Assembly: GCA_902825785.1 (NCBI GenBank)
Contig: CADECN010000001.1
Location: 1-44,928, forward strand
DNA: 44,928 nt
Source: an uncultured Hyphomicrobium sp.
Lineage (GTDB): Bacteria; Pseudomonadota; Alphaproteobacteria; Rhizobiales; Hyphomicrobiaceae
Direction of reading: 5' to 3'
Shown: positions 26,517 to 35,662 of the stretch, in pieces
How the letters are laid out: every line of letters starts with the position of its first letter
How positions within the stretch are numbered: position 1 is the first letter of the stretch
Notes under the pieces: model-generated
Told to the model about the DNA's origin: nothing
Databases searched by the model: none
Seen by the model: the letters and a program-made list of their open reading frames with translations, nothing else
Program-made: the position numbers and the translations under genes

Positions 26517-28649
26517 TCAGTGGCCGGCGCCAGGTTGTGCCCCCTCTTGTGCTTGCTTGCGGATATAGTGCCGCAGGGAGTCCATATCCTCGTCCGTGAG
26601 AGTCGGATATTTCGGCATACCGTTTTGCATAAGCGCGCCGCCATTGAGGATGTCCTTGAATATTTGCTCGTGACCCGTTGTCAGAACCGGAGAGCCACGA
26701 AGGTCTGGCGCCTTTACACCACCCGAAACGGCGCCAGCACCGTGACAAGCAATACAAAGATGGCTGGCATAGACGCCGGCACCAGCCGCCGCCTTTGTCT
26801 CATCAACTTTGAAGTTCTCGTCGACGATCGCCTTGGCCACTTCAGGCGCAGCCTGTGTTGGCACTTCCGCCTTGCCGTCTAGTGCGAACGCGACCAGACG
26901 GCGCTGATGAACACCATATTTCCAGCCGACGCCTTCCATGCCCAATTCGCCAGATCCCTGGAAGTTCGAAAAGTATCCGCCACCAGGACCGACAACGAGG
27001 AGAACCATCTGTTTTCCATCGAGTTCATACGTAATCGGCGGTGAGGAGATACCCAGGCCAGCGTCCCACTCCCATACGACTTTACCGGTCCGGGCGTCAT
27101 GAGCCTGGAACTTACCTTCCGGCAGGCCCTGGAAGACAAGGTTGCCGGCTGTTGCCAGTGTTCCCGCGCCCCATGCGTGCTTTTGATTGACCTGCCAGAC
27201 ACGCTTCTGCTTCACGGGATCCCAGGCTTGGAGCGAACCGCGTGTTTCATACGGATCTTTCTCAATTGTCGCGCCCTGGGCTATTCCAAGCTGGAACTTG
27301 GTGGCCCGCCAACTCTGGTCGGTATCCTTACCCTTGTCGGAAAAGGTCGATGACAAGTGGTTGGTCGGAATAAAGACCAAACCCAATTCCGGATTGTATG
27401 ACATGGCGTGCCATGAATGCGCCCCGAAATAGGAAGGATAGATGTTCTCCTCACCATCATTGAACCAGGCACTTTCGGGTATCACATGATGCTGCTTCTC
27501 GAGATCGAACTTTGTTGACCAGTTGACGTCCGCATATTTTTCTGCGGACAACACTTTGCCGTTCGAGCGATCGATCACATAGAAGAACCCGTTCTTGGGT
27601 GCGTGCATCGCGGCCTTGACGATCTTGCCGTCGATTTTCAGATCAGCAAGCACGATGTCCATATTTGAGTTGTAGTCCCAGGTATCGCCGGGCGCTGTCT
27701 GGACGTGCCACTTGTATTTCCCGGTGTTGGCATCCAGTGCCACGACCGAGCTCAGGAACAGGTTGTCGCCACCTCCAGGGCTGCGAACTTTACGGTTCCA
27801 CGGCGAGCCATTACCGGTACCAAAAATGAGCTGGTTGAATTCCTTGTCATACGTCCAGCCGTGCCAGGAATTGCCACCGCCACCATGTTCCCACCACTTA
27901 CCCGTCCAGGTTTTGGCGGCCATTTCCTGGGCTTCGTCTTCAAACCCGTCGGCAGGGTTGCCGGGAACGACAAAAAAGCGCCAGAGCTGCTTGCCGGTCT
28001 CGGAGTCGTAAGCCGTGACAAAGCCGCGCGTGGGGCCAAGCTCCGTGCCGCCGTTGCCGACAAACACCTTGCCGTCGAAGGCTTTCACGTGGCCCGTGAT
28101 ATTGAGTGGAACGTCGTACGGGAAAGTTCTGGTTTGCCAGACTTCCTTGCCGTCTTTTCTCGTGATGGCGACGATGCGGCCATCCCATGTGCCAATGTAG
28201 AGCTTGTCGCCATAGGTTGAAAGGCCGCGGCTGGCACTCCAGAAAACACGCCGCATGTTGTTGCTGATAACCTCTTTGGCAACTTGCGGATCGTATTCCC
28301 ACAGCATCTTGCCCGTGCGCGCGTCAATCGCTCTGACCACGTTCATATTGCCGATATGGTACAGTACGCCATCAACGACCAGCGGCGTGCTGATCAAGTC
28401 GGACTTGTCCGGAATGTCGAGGTACCATTCCGGCTTGAGTTTGCCGATATTGTCTACGTTGATGTCTTTGAGCGGGCTGAACCTCTGCTCGGAGTGCGTC
28501 CGCCCGTAAGCCAGCCAATCGGTTGTGTTGGCTTCGTCCGACAATTCCTTGTCGGTGATGTTTCTGTCCGCGGCTTGTAGTGGTGCCGGCAACATGAGTG
28601 CGGCAACTACGAGCAGTTGAGCGAACAGCTTCTTTTTACGTAAGTGCAT
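26517..28649 (-). CDS. PQQ-dependent quinohemoprotein dehydrogenase (type II ADH family, C-terminal cytochrome c)
   Basis: Signal peptide. QRFSPL, A-x-D-x-x-TG-K-x-x-W propeller repeats, GTGNGSPW, WDYN, APKNGFFY and CIACH...GMP motifs. GGAGG RBS. Confidence 0.92.
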   Translation of the reverse strand: MHLRKKKLFAQLLVVAALMLPAPLQAADRNITDKELSDEANTTDWLAYGRTHSEQRFSPLKDINVDNIGKLKPEWYLDIPDKSDLISTPLVVDGVLYHIGNMNVVRAIDARTGKMLWEYDPQVAKEVISNNMRRVFWSASRGLSTYGDKLYIGTWDGRIVAITRKDGKEVWQTRTFPYDVPLNITGHVKAFDGKVFVGNGGTELGPTRGFVTAYDSETGKQLWRFFVVPGNPADGFEDEAQEMAAKTWTGKWWEHGGGGNSWHGWTYDKEFNQLIFGTGNGSPWNRKVRSPGGGDNLFLSSVVALDANTGKYKWHVQTAPGDTWDYNSNMDIVLADLKIDGKIVKAAMHAPKNGFFYVIDRSNGKVLSAEKYADVNWSTKFDLEKQHHVIPESAWFNDGEENIYPSYFGAHSWHAMSYNPELGLVFIPTNHLSSTFSDKGKDTDQSWRATKFQLGIAQGATIEKDPYETRGSLQAWDPVKQKRVWQVNQKHAWGAGTLATAGNLVFQGLPEGKFQAHDARTGKVVWEWDAGLGISSPPITYELDGKQMVLLVVGPGGGYFSNFQGSGELGMEGVGWKYGVHQRRLVAFALDGKAEVPTQAAPEVAKAIVDENFKVDETKAAAGAGVYASHLCIACHGAGAVSGGVKAPDLRGSPVLTTGHEQIFKDILNGGALMQNGMPKYPTLTDEDMDSLRHYIRKQAQEGAQPGAGH

Positions 28650-29110
28650 TTGTTTTTTCCTCCGTTCTCGGTCTTGTGACCAGCATGCTTTTCAACAGAC
28701 GCGGCAACTTCGGCCCAGACCGCGTGCGCGAGTCTGGGACGCGAAACCTTCAAAAGTCGGGTGTTCGGACCGACCTTAGGAAGATGTCACCTGGTCAAGC
28801 CTGCTGGGGTCCGATCGCTTATTGGGACCGCGCACTCGAAGGCGCGCATCCTTGGAAGTAACAACGCCATGCCATCCTCCTCGAGCCTCGCCTGAGCCGC
28901 CTATGAACTTCGTCGCTGGCGCGGCGCGATAGACGGCAGCAGGCTTTATGCTTGTGAAATGTCGTTCAGAGCTACTTCGGTAATGGCGGACCATATCAAT
29001 CGAGCCGAAGCAGAGAATTGAAGTCGCGCGATCATATTTTTTGAATGATCTTGCTGTTCGCTTTTTCGGTGCATCGTCCGATTTGAAATGGTCTCGCTAA
29101 ATATCTTCAG

Positions 29111-29127
29111 CGCAAGGTCTGTGCCAG
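29111..29127 (-). promoter_or_regulatory. sigma54 (-24/-12) promoter facing the dehydrogenase
   Basis: CTGGCACAGACCTTGCG with exact GG-N10-GC spacing. A-tract-rich DNA lies upstream (29140-29410). Confidence 0.65.
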
Positions 29128-29494
29128 GAAGCAACGCATTGAAAAAGAACAACAAAAACACAAAAAACAAAAAATAGACGCTCATTTGATGAACAATAAA
29201 AAGTGCCAAATGTAATTCGACGCAACGCGATTGCGACGCACAAATAACGAAGAAAAAAAGCGGAATCAGAGGACGAAAGACGTCGTCGGGAAAATGGTAA
29301 TCCCATCTCGGGAATTAATATCAAATGTAATATGCAAAAAAGAGAAATCGGTTCGGGAATAAATAACCGAAAAAAGTTCCGATATTAGGAAGACAGATAG
29401 GGAATTTTAGGAACGCCCACCCGCCGCGCTCGGGCGCAGGAGGCTTGCAAGCGAAACAGGATGTCGCCGGTCTTCGGACGGAGGGCTTCGAAGT

Positions 29495-30421
29495 TCAGCG
29501 ATAGTGGAACGGAACAGCGAAGCTCAGGCGAGCGCCCGTCGGTGTCGGCGGGAAGGGGCCAGCGCCGCGCACGGCCTGCAGCGCAGCCGCATCGAGCCGG
29601 GCGTTGCCTGACGAGGACGAGATGCGCGCGGAAGAAAGGCCGCCGGAGCCCGCGACCGAGAACGAGACGATAACCGTTCCGCGAGCGCCGTTGCCGCTCG
29701 GCCTGCGGCTTGCGACGCGGGCCCGAACCTTTGCGGCATAGCCGGCGACATCGCCTTGGCTCGCCGATACCCGCGCCCGGGCGCCTGTGCTGCCCTTGAC
29801 CGCACGGGCTCCTGCCGCCACGTCGCGTTCGGACTTGGATTCAGGACGCCGCGTCGCCGGTGCGGCGGCTGGCTTCTGTCGCTTCTCTTTTTCTTTGGTC
29901 TCGTGGCGCCGGTCATCCGGCTGCGGTGGGGCGGCTTCCCGCGGTGCTGGTTCGTGCGCCTCGCCCAGCGGTTCCTCCGCCGCCGCCTCGCCCGCGATCG
30001 CGGCAAGGCTGTCGACCGTCTGCTCCGGTGATGCGGGACTGGGGGCGATGGCCTCCGGCTCGACCGGCTGCATCTGCTCTGCTTGCGGCGGCAGCGACTT
30101 CATCTCCGGTATCGCACCTTCGGCTACGGCCGCACTCGAGACCTGTGGCTTGACCGCATCCTCGGCCTCGATCGCATCGAGCACCTGCGAGGCCACCATT
30201 TCCACGCTGATGGCGTCGGTTTCGATGTCGAGCACGCCTGTTTCGTTCGGTGCGCGCGTAACCAGCATCACGAACACCGCCGCATGGGCTGCGGCCGACA
30301 GCGCGAGTGCCGAAACGGTTAGCGCACGGCGCGGCACCGCGGCGCCGGACAGCGCTAAGCTCGGCAGCGGCGGCGCGCCCGCAGGCAGAAGATCATCGTG
30401 TGTGTGCAAGCGCCTCAGCAT
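29495..30421 (-). CDS. tonB: TonB energy transducer
   Basis: TM helix with S-x-x-x-H (SAAAH), Pro/Glu-rich linker, C-terminal SSG..LD.AAL.AV..A.PFP. Within the heme locus. Confidence 0.85.
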   Translation of the reverse strand: MLRRLHTHDDLLPAGAPPLPSLALSGAAVPRRALTVSALALSAAAHAAVFVMLVTRAPNETGVLDIETDAISVEMVASQVLDAIEAEDAVKPQVSSAAVAEGAIPEMKSLPPQAEQMQPVEPEAIAPSPASPEQTVDSLAAIAGEAAAEEPLGEAHEPAPREAAPPQPDDRRHETKEKEKRQKPAAAPATRRPESKSERDVAAGARAVKGSTGARARVSASQGDVAGYAAKVRARVASRRPSGNGARGTVIVSFSVAGSGGLSSARISSSSGNARLDAAALQAVRGAGPFPPTPTGARLSFAVPFHYR

Positions 30422-30444
30422 GTCGCTTTACCGCGCCCGGCGCC

Positions 30445-30963
30445 TCACGCGTAACGCGCCCGCAGGCTGTTGAAGCGCTCGACCTGCTCGGACACCAGAT
30501 CGCGCTTCTCGTCGCGGCGCACGAAGATCTTGAACATGGCGTCGCCCGAGCCGTTGAAGAATTGGATCGAGCAGGACAACCGGCCCATGAAAGGCCGGCT
30601 GACGAAGGCGATGTCGCGGCAGTTCTCAGCCTTGATGTGCCCGCCGATCGGGCTGTCGCCGTGCAGATTGAAGTAACCGCGACCGAGCTGGCCCGGCGGG
30701 ATCGGTCCTTCGCATTCGAGCACAATGTCGGCGGTGTGCACGATGAAGAGCACCGGCCCCCACGACGTCAGTTCCGACATGATCGCCTCGAACTGATCGC
30801 CGTTGGCGAGCACCCGGTGCTCATCCGGCATCGCGCGCAACACGTCGATAGGCGTCACGCCGTAGTCGCGCGCGATCTGCTCGATGATGCCATCGGCATT
30901 TTTCGCAAGCCGTTCGGCCAGCGGGAGGCGCTTGGCCTGCTCCGCGACGGTGAGTTCAGTCAT
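30445..30963 (-). CDS. hutX: Heme utilization carrier HutX/ChuX
   Basis: WGPVLFIVHT, GRGYFNLHG, GGHIK, FVSRPFMG and MFKIFVRRD motifs. Confidence 0.88.
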   Translation of the reverse strand: MTELTVAEQAKRLPLAERLAKNADGIIEQIARDYGVTPIDVLRAMPDEHRVLANGDQFEAIMSELTSWGPVLFIVHTADIVLECEGPIPPGQLGRGYFNLHGDSPIGGHIKAENCRDIAFVSRPFMGRLSCSIQFFNGSGDAMFKIFVRRDEKRDLVSEQVERFNSLRARYA

Positions 30964-30982
30964 GGCTGTCGCCTCCGGTCGG

Positions 30983-31330
30983 CTATTCAGCGGCTACCAG
31001 GATCGAATTCGAGCCGTCGGCGAGAACTTCTTGCAGCGCTTCGAAGCCCTCGAATTCTGGATGTCCGAGATAGAGTTTCTTGCTGCCGCCCGCGCCGGCG
31101 TGTGCCTTGCGGAAAGACTCCGACTTGGTCCAGTTCTCGAAGTCCTCGACCGAGCGCCAGAGCGTGTGCGACGCATAGAGGATGTGATCCTCGCGCTCCG
31201 GCCCGCGCAGCAGATGAAACGAGATGAAGCCGGGCTCCTTGTGAAGATGAACTTCACGCGACAGCCAGACCTGTTCGAAGTCCTTGCCGGCGTCCTTCTC
31301 GACCTTGAAGCGATTCATCGCGATGAACAT
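30983..31330 (-). CDS. IsdG-like heme-degrading monooxygenase (HmuQ/HmuD-like, ABM fold)
   Basis: MFIAMNRFKV, FEQVW, SHTLW and WTKSESFRKAH motifs. Confidence 0.85.
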   Translation of the reverse strand: MFIAMNRFKVEKDAGKDFEQVWLSREVHLHKEPGFISFHLLRGPEREDHILYASHTLWRSVEDFENWTKSESFRKAHAGAGGSKKLYLGHPEFEGFEALQEVLADGSNSILVAAE

Positions 31331-31363
31331 GGCGTTTCTTCCTTCTTCTCCAAAAACGGGAAA

Positions 31364-31399
31364 GCAACGGACCGACGGCTGGGGTTGCCGGTCCGTTGC
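31364..31399. terminator. Hairpin after the heme receptor gene
   Basis: 11-bp stem GCAACGGACCG/CGGTCCGTTGC flanked by A and T runs. Confidence 0.6.
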
Positions 31400-31433
31400 G
31401 TTTTTGCACTGGGGCTTTGAGGACGGGAAGACC

Positions 31434-33476
31434 TCAATTTGCTCCAAGGCGCATTGTGAGTCCGATCCGGGCGTTGAGACCCGGGTCGTCAAGCAGATCG
31501 AGATACTGGCGGTAATCCTTGTCGAAAATGTTGTCGATGTTCAGGTTGAGCGTGGCGTTGTCCGACACCTGATACTGGGCGAAGAGGTCGATCACCGTGT
31601 AACTCTCAGACGCAAGCGTAAGCGAACTGGTCGGCACCCGATCCTGCGCCGCGACGAACCGGCCGCGTGTACCGGCGACGAGCTTGTCGTCGAAAGCGCG
31701 GAAACCAAGTGTCGCCGTGATCTGGTCGGCCGGAACCGACAGCAGCGGATCGCCTGTCTCCTCGTCGGTGCCGCGGATGTGGCTCGCGCCGATAATGGCG
31801 AACCAGCTGCGGGCGTCGTAGTTGACCTCGACCTCGACGCCCTCCAGCTTCACCTGTCCGAAGTTCACGTATTGGAACGTGCCGCACGGGAAGGAAACGG
31901 GGCCTCCCGGTGTCTGGACCGTACACGTGCCGCCCGAACCGAACGAGTTGTCCTGCGCGCCGATGTAGTCGTCGACCTTGTTGCGGAAGGCAACGACTTT
32001 GGCGCGGAAGGCGTCGCCCGCTGTCGCGACGTTGTCGTATTTCAGGTTGACGCCGGCTTCCAGGTTATGAGCGACTTCCGGATCGAGGTTGGGGTTGGGC
32101 AGGATCTCGAAGGGGAAGCCGGGATGCGTGCCCGAGGGCAATGTTTCTGAAAGCGCAGGTGCGCGGAAACCCTCGGCATACGTGCCGAATACGGTCAGCC
32201 CGGTGATCGGCGTAATGCCGAGCGTGACCTTCGGCGAGACGTGCGAACCCTCCGAGTCTAAACCATCGCCGGTCATCTCGTAAGTGTCGTACCGCACCGC
32301 GGTGATCAGATCGATCATTTCGAAGAACGTGAGCTGGCTCTGCATGAAGGCGCCCGCAACCTCGCGCTCGCCCGACGGCGTGAACTCGTCGCCGTTGGAG
32401 GCAATGTCGAGCGTGTCGACGGTATCGCGGAAGGCGTCGCCGCCGTAGGTCAAAGCGAGCTTGGTCGAACCGCCGAACGTGAAGCGCGATATATTGAAGG
32501 CATCGATGCCCTCGGTCTGGACGTCGAAATAGCGTGTGGCGCCGTTTGACCTGCGAACCTGATCGAGATCGGTCGAGTTGTGATAGGCCTTGATGCTGAA
32601 GTCGATCAGCGGATTGTCGGGGCTGACGAACGTGTAGCCGAGTGTGAACTGCTGGTTTTGCAGCTCTGAATCGCGCTGGATGAGGATCGGGCTCTCCGTC
32701 CGGTCGACGAATTCAGATTCAAGATTGATCGCCGTCGCCGTGATCTCATGACCCTGCGCCGGGCGCCAACGCGCCTTGGCGAACTGCGAGCGGGTCTCGT
32801 TTTCGGAATCGAGGACTTCGTTGCCATCGCCGTCTTCGTAATTGCCGTTCCAGTGACCGTTCACCTGGCCGACGATGTCGAAGTTGCCAACCTTCATGGC
32901 GCCGGTCTGGCTGGCGACGCGGCCGTCGCCGTTGGTGCCGTAGCGGAAGCGAGATTGACCAGCCGCCCACTCGCCTTCCCGCAGGATATCGTCAGCGTCG
33001 ATCAGCCCGAACGCCACGATGCCGCCGATCGCACCCGAACCGTAGATCGTCGCGGTCGGACCGCGCGTCACGTCGATGCTCTTGATCATTTCGGGATCGA
33101 TGTAGAAGGCGCCGTTGGCAGCGTGTCCGCTACGCTGGAAGTTCTGGCGCGCGCCTTCGATCAGCACGTTGACGCGGCCGAAGTCCTGCAAGCCGCGGAT
33201 GTTCACGGCCTGCGCCGTGTCGCGGCCGTTGTCCTGCGTCGTGACGCCGGGGATCGTGCGTAGAACATCCGAGACTTTGTCCGGCTGGAACTGTTCGTCG
33301 AGCTGTTCGCGGCCGACCGCGCTTGAGCCGGCCAACGTGTCGATCGCGCTTTCGGCAACCTTCGAGAAAGTGACGATGATGCCGTCGAGTTGGATTTCCT
33401 GCGCCTCAGCCCGCGCGCTGAGCGCGAGCATGCAGGCTCCTGACATAAGCACCGCCTTCAATCGTGTATTGGTCAT
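31434..33476 (-). CDS. hmuR: TonB-dependent heme/hemoglobin receptor
   Basis: Plug motifs NIRGLQDFGRV..RQNFQRSGH and RGP..YGSGAIGG. FRAP..H..NPNL heme-receptor motif. Starts MTNTRLK after GGGAG. Confidence 0.9.
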   Translation of the reverse strand: MTNTRLKAVLMSGACMLALSARAEAQEIQLDGIIVTFSKVAESAIDTLAGSSAVGREQLDEQFQPDKVSDVLRTIPGVTTQDNGRDTAQAVNIRGLQDFGRVNVLIEGARQNFQRSGHAANGAFYIDPEMIKSIDVTRGPTATIYGSGAIGGIVAFGLIDADDILREGEWAAGQSRFRYGTNGDGRVASQTGAMKVGNFDIVGQVNGHWNGNYEDGDGNEVLDSENETRSQFAKARWRPAQGHEITATAINLESEFVDRTESPILIQRDSELQNQQFTLGYTFVSPDNPLIDFSIKAYHNSTDLDQVRRSNGATRYFDVQTEGIDAFNISRFTFGGSTKLALTYGGDAFRDTVDTLDIASNGDEFTPSGEREVAGAFMQSQLTFFEMIDLITAVRYDTYEMTGDGLDSEGSHVSPKVTLGITPITGLTVFGTYAEGFRAPALSETLPSGTHPGFPFEILPNPNLDPEVAHNLEAGVNLKYDNVATAGDAFRAKVVAFRNKVDDYIGAQDNSFGSGGTCTVQTPGGPVSFPCGTFQYVNFGQVKLEGVEVEVNYDARSWFAIIGASHIRGTDEETGDPLLSVPADQITATLGFRAFDDKLVAGTRGRFVAAQDRVPTSSLTLASESYTVIDLFAQYQVSDNATLNLNIDNIFDKDYRQYLDLLDDPGLNARIGLTMRLGAN

Positions 33477-33613
33477 GACTCCCGCCCCCAAGCGCCGGAA
33501 AATCGAAACTGGTTGTTGGCTGGCTGGCGGCGGCGTCGGCGAAACGACGGGTCGCGGGCTTGCTGGTGCGCATCTCGCGCGTCGGCACTTATGCCGTGTC
33601 ACGCAGCACTAAT

Positions 33614-33663
33614 ATTGCTTCATATGACAGTCAACTTTGTCATGCGTTTAGAAGTATTCAATG
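33614..33663 (-). promoter_or_regulatory. hmuR promoter with an Irr ICE-like site and a shared box
   Basis: TTTAGAA-gta-TTCAATG at 33647-33663 (ICE consensus TTTAGAA-N3-TTCTAAA, left half exact). ATTGCTT-N9-GTCAACTT at 33614-33637 contains a minus-strand TTGAC. Confidence 0.55.
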
Positions 33664-33687
33664 TACCTTTTGTTGCAGCGTTGCATC

Positions 33688-33781
33688 GATGCGGCAGCAT
33701 CAAACTGACGGATGCGGCAGCATCAAACTGACGGATGCGGCAGCATCAAACTGACGGATGCGGCAGCATCAAACTGACGGA
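33688..33781. repeat. Perfect 4 x 23-bp tandem repeat
   Basis: GATGCGGCAGCATCAAACTGACG at 33688, 33711, 33734 and 33757. The last copy contains the hmuV stop codon. Confidence 0.95.
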
Positions 33782-34587
33782 GGTCGGTCCGCGGGAGCAA
33801 AGATGGCCGGCAGAATGATCGGCGCCGGTCGCTCGGGCGTGGCGAGCGCCGTGACGTCGCACCCGTAAATGGCGGAGAGGGTGCCGGCTTCGTAAACGCG
33901 CGCAGGCGCGCCTTGTGCAGCGATGAGCCCCTTCGACAGCACGACCACCTCGTCGGCGACGGCGGCCGCCAGATTAAGATCGTGCAGAACGACCAGCACG
34001 GCCCGGCCGGCAGCGGCCTCGTTGCGCAACTCGCCCACGATGAAGCCTTGATGCGCCAGATCGAGGCTGGAGGTCGGCTCGTCCAGCAGAAGCGCGAGCG
34101 GTTTATCGGTCGCGCGCGCGGCGATCGCCACCTGGCAGAGCGCGCGCGCGATCTGGACCCGCTGCTGCTCGCCTCCGGAAAGCACACCATAGTGCCGGCT
34201 TCGCAGCTCCAGCAGTCCGACTTTGGCGAGCGCCTCGCGCGCCGCCAACAACGCCTCGCTCTCATCGATGCCGAAGCCCGGCACCGTGACGCCGAGCATC
34301 ACGACTTCGATCGCGGTAAAGGGAAATCCCAGGTGCGCGGCCTGCGGAACCACGGCGCGCCGCGCGGCAAGCGCGCTGGCGGACAGGCGTTCAAGCGGTT
34401 GACCGTCGAGCGTGACGTGGCCCGACGTCGGGTTGAGCTCGCCGGTGAGCGTTTTCAGCAGCGTCGACTTGCCAGCGCCGTTGGGCCCGACGACCGCAAC
34501 GACGCGACCCGGCTCGACCGCGAGGCTGATGCCGTCGACGATGCGGCGGCCAGCCCGTTCCACGGTTATGTCGTGCGCGGCCAGCAT
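33769..34587 (-). CDS. hmuV: Heme ABC transporter ATPase
   Basis: GPNGAGKS, LSGGEQQRVQIARAL, LLDEPTSSLD.AHQ and VLHDLNLA motifs. Confidence 0.9.
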   Translation of the reverse strand: MLAAHDITVERAGRRIVDGISLAVEPGRVVAVVGPNGAGKSTLLKTLTGELNPTSGHVTLDGQPLERLSASALAARRAVVPQAAHLGFPFTAIEVVMLGVTVPGFGIDESEALLAAREALAKVGLLELRSRHYGVLSGGEQQRVQIARALCQVAIAARATDKPLALLLDEPTSSLDLAHQGFIVGELRNEAAAGRAVLVVLHDLNLAAAVADEVVVLSKGLIAAQGAPARVYEAGTLSAIYGCDVTALATPERPAPIILPAIFAPADRPPSV

Positions 34588-34588
34588 A

Positions 34589-35662
34589 TCAGGAGACGCC
34601 TCCACCGCGCCTGAGCAGCAGGTGCAGGAAAATCGGCGCGCCGATGATCGCCATGACGATGCCGATCGGCAACTCGGCCGGCCGCACGGCCATGCGCGAC
34701 ACTACATCCGCCACCAGCACGAGAGAGGCGCCCAGGATCGCCGAAAGCGGCAGAACGATGCGGTTGTCGGGTCCAGCGATGAGGCGGACGAGATGCGGCA
34801 CCACCAATCCGACGAAGCCGATGACACCGGCAACCGCGACGGACGCGCCGACCGCGATCGCCGTCGCCGCAATCGCGAGGCGCTTGGCGCGTTCCACATC
34901 GATGCCGAGGTGGAAGGCTTCGCTTTCTCCCAGCAGCAGCCCATTGAGCGGGCGGGCGAGGCGCGATGTCAGAATGACGAGCAGCGCGGCGAAGGGCACG
35001 ACCGCCGTCACCTTCTGCCAGCTCGCGCCCGACAGGCTGCCCATCTGCCAGAGTGTCAGGTCGCGCAACTGTCGGTCATCGCTGATGTAGGCAATGACAC
35101 CACTGCCCGAGCCGGCAAGCGCGGCAATCGCGACACCGGCGAGCAGCAGCACGCCGACCGTCAACTGGCCGTTTCGCGAGGCAAGCGCGACGAGGCAAAG
35201 CGTCGTGACGAGGCCGCCGAGAAATGCCGCGAGCGGAAGCGCGAAGATGCCGAACCACTGCGTCCAAAACCCCAGGACGCCTTGGCCCAGTGCAATGGTG
35301 GCCACCGCTGCGAACGCCGCGCCGGATGAGACGCCGATCAGGCCAGGGTCGGCGAGCGGATTACGGAACATCGCCTGCATCGTCGCGCCGGCAACCGCGA
35401 GCGCTGCGCCGACGAAACCGCCAAGCAGCGTGCGCGCCAGGCGGATATCGACCAGGACCAATCGTTCGCGCAGCGCTTCGGGATCGTCCGTCGCGCCGAA
35501 GGCGGCGGCAAGAGCACGCGGCAGCGCGTTGAACGAAAGGCCGGTCGGGCCGACGGCGAGCGACAGCAGTACGGCGGCAACGGCAAGACCCGATGCCATC
35601 CAGAGCATCGCCGCGCGCCGCTTGCGGTCCCGGTATCCCGAATCCAAGACCGCACTCACCAT
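34589..35662 (-). CDS. hmuU: Heme ABC transporter permease
   Basis: FRNPLADPGLIGVSSGA, W.MGSL, IGFVGLVVPH and ELPIG FecCD motifs. Confidence 0.9.
   Translation of the reverse strand: MVSAVLDSGYRDRKRRAAMLWMASGLAVAAVLLSLAVGPTGLSFNALPRALAAAFGATDDPEALRERLVLVDIRLARTLLGGFVGAALAVAGATMQAMFRNPLADPGLIGVSSGAAFAAVATIALGQGVLGFWTQWFGIFALPLAAFLGGLVTTLCLVALASRNGQLTVGVLLLAGVAIAALAGSGSGVIAYISDDRQLRDLTLWQMGSLSGASWQKVTAVVPFAALLVILTSRLARPLNGLLLGESEAFHLGIDVERAKRLAIAATAIAVGASVAVAGVIGFVGLVVPHLVRLIAGPDNRIVLPLSAILGASLVLVADVVSRMAVRPAELPIGIVMAIIGAPIFLHLLLRRGGGVS

Noticed and set aside
26517-28649. Lanthanide-dependent XoxF/ExaF or MxaF assignment
   Set aside because: It has a fused cytochrome c, WDYN instead of WDYD, and no vicinal Cys pair.
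29192-29208. Second TGGCAC as a sigma54 promoter
   Set aside because: Lacks GC at the required 10-bp spacing.
33688-33781. 23-bp repeats as a mini-CRISPR
   Set aside because: Units are head-to-tail with no spacers.
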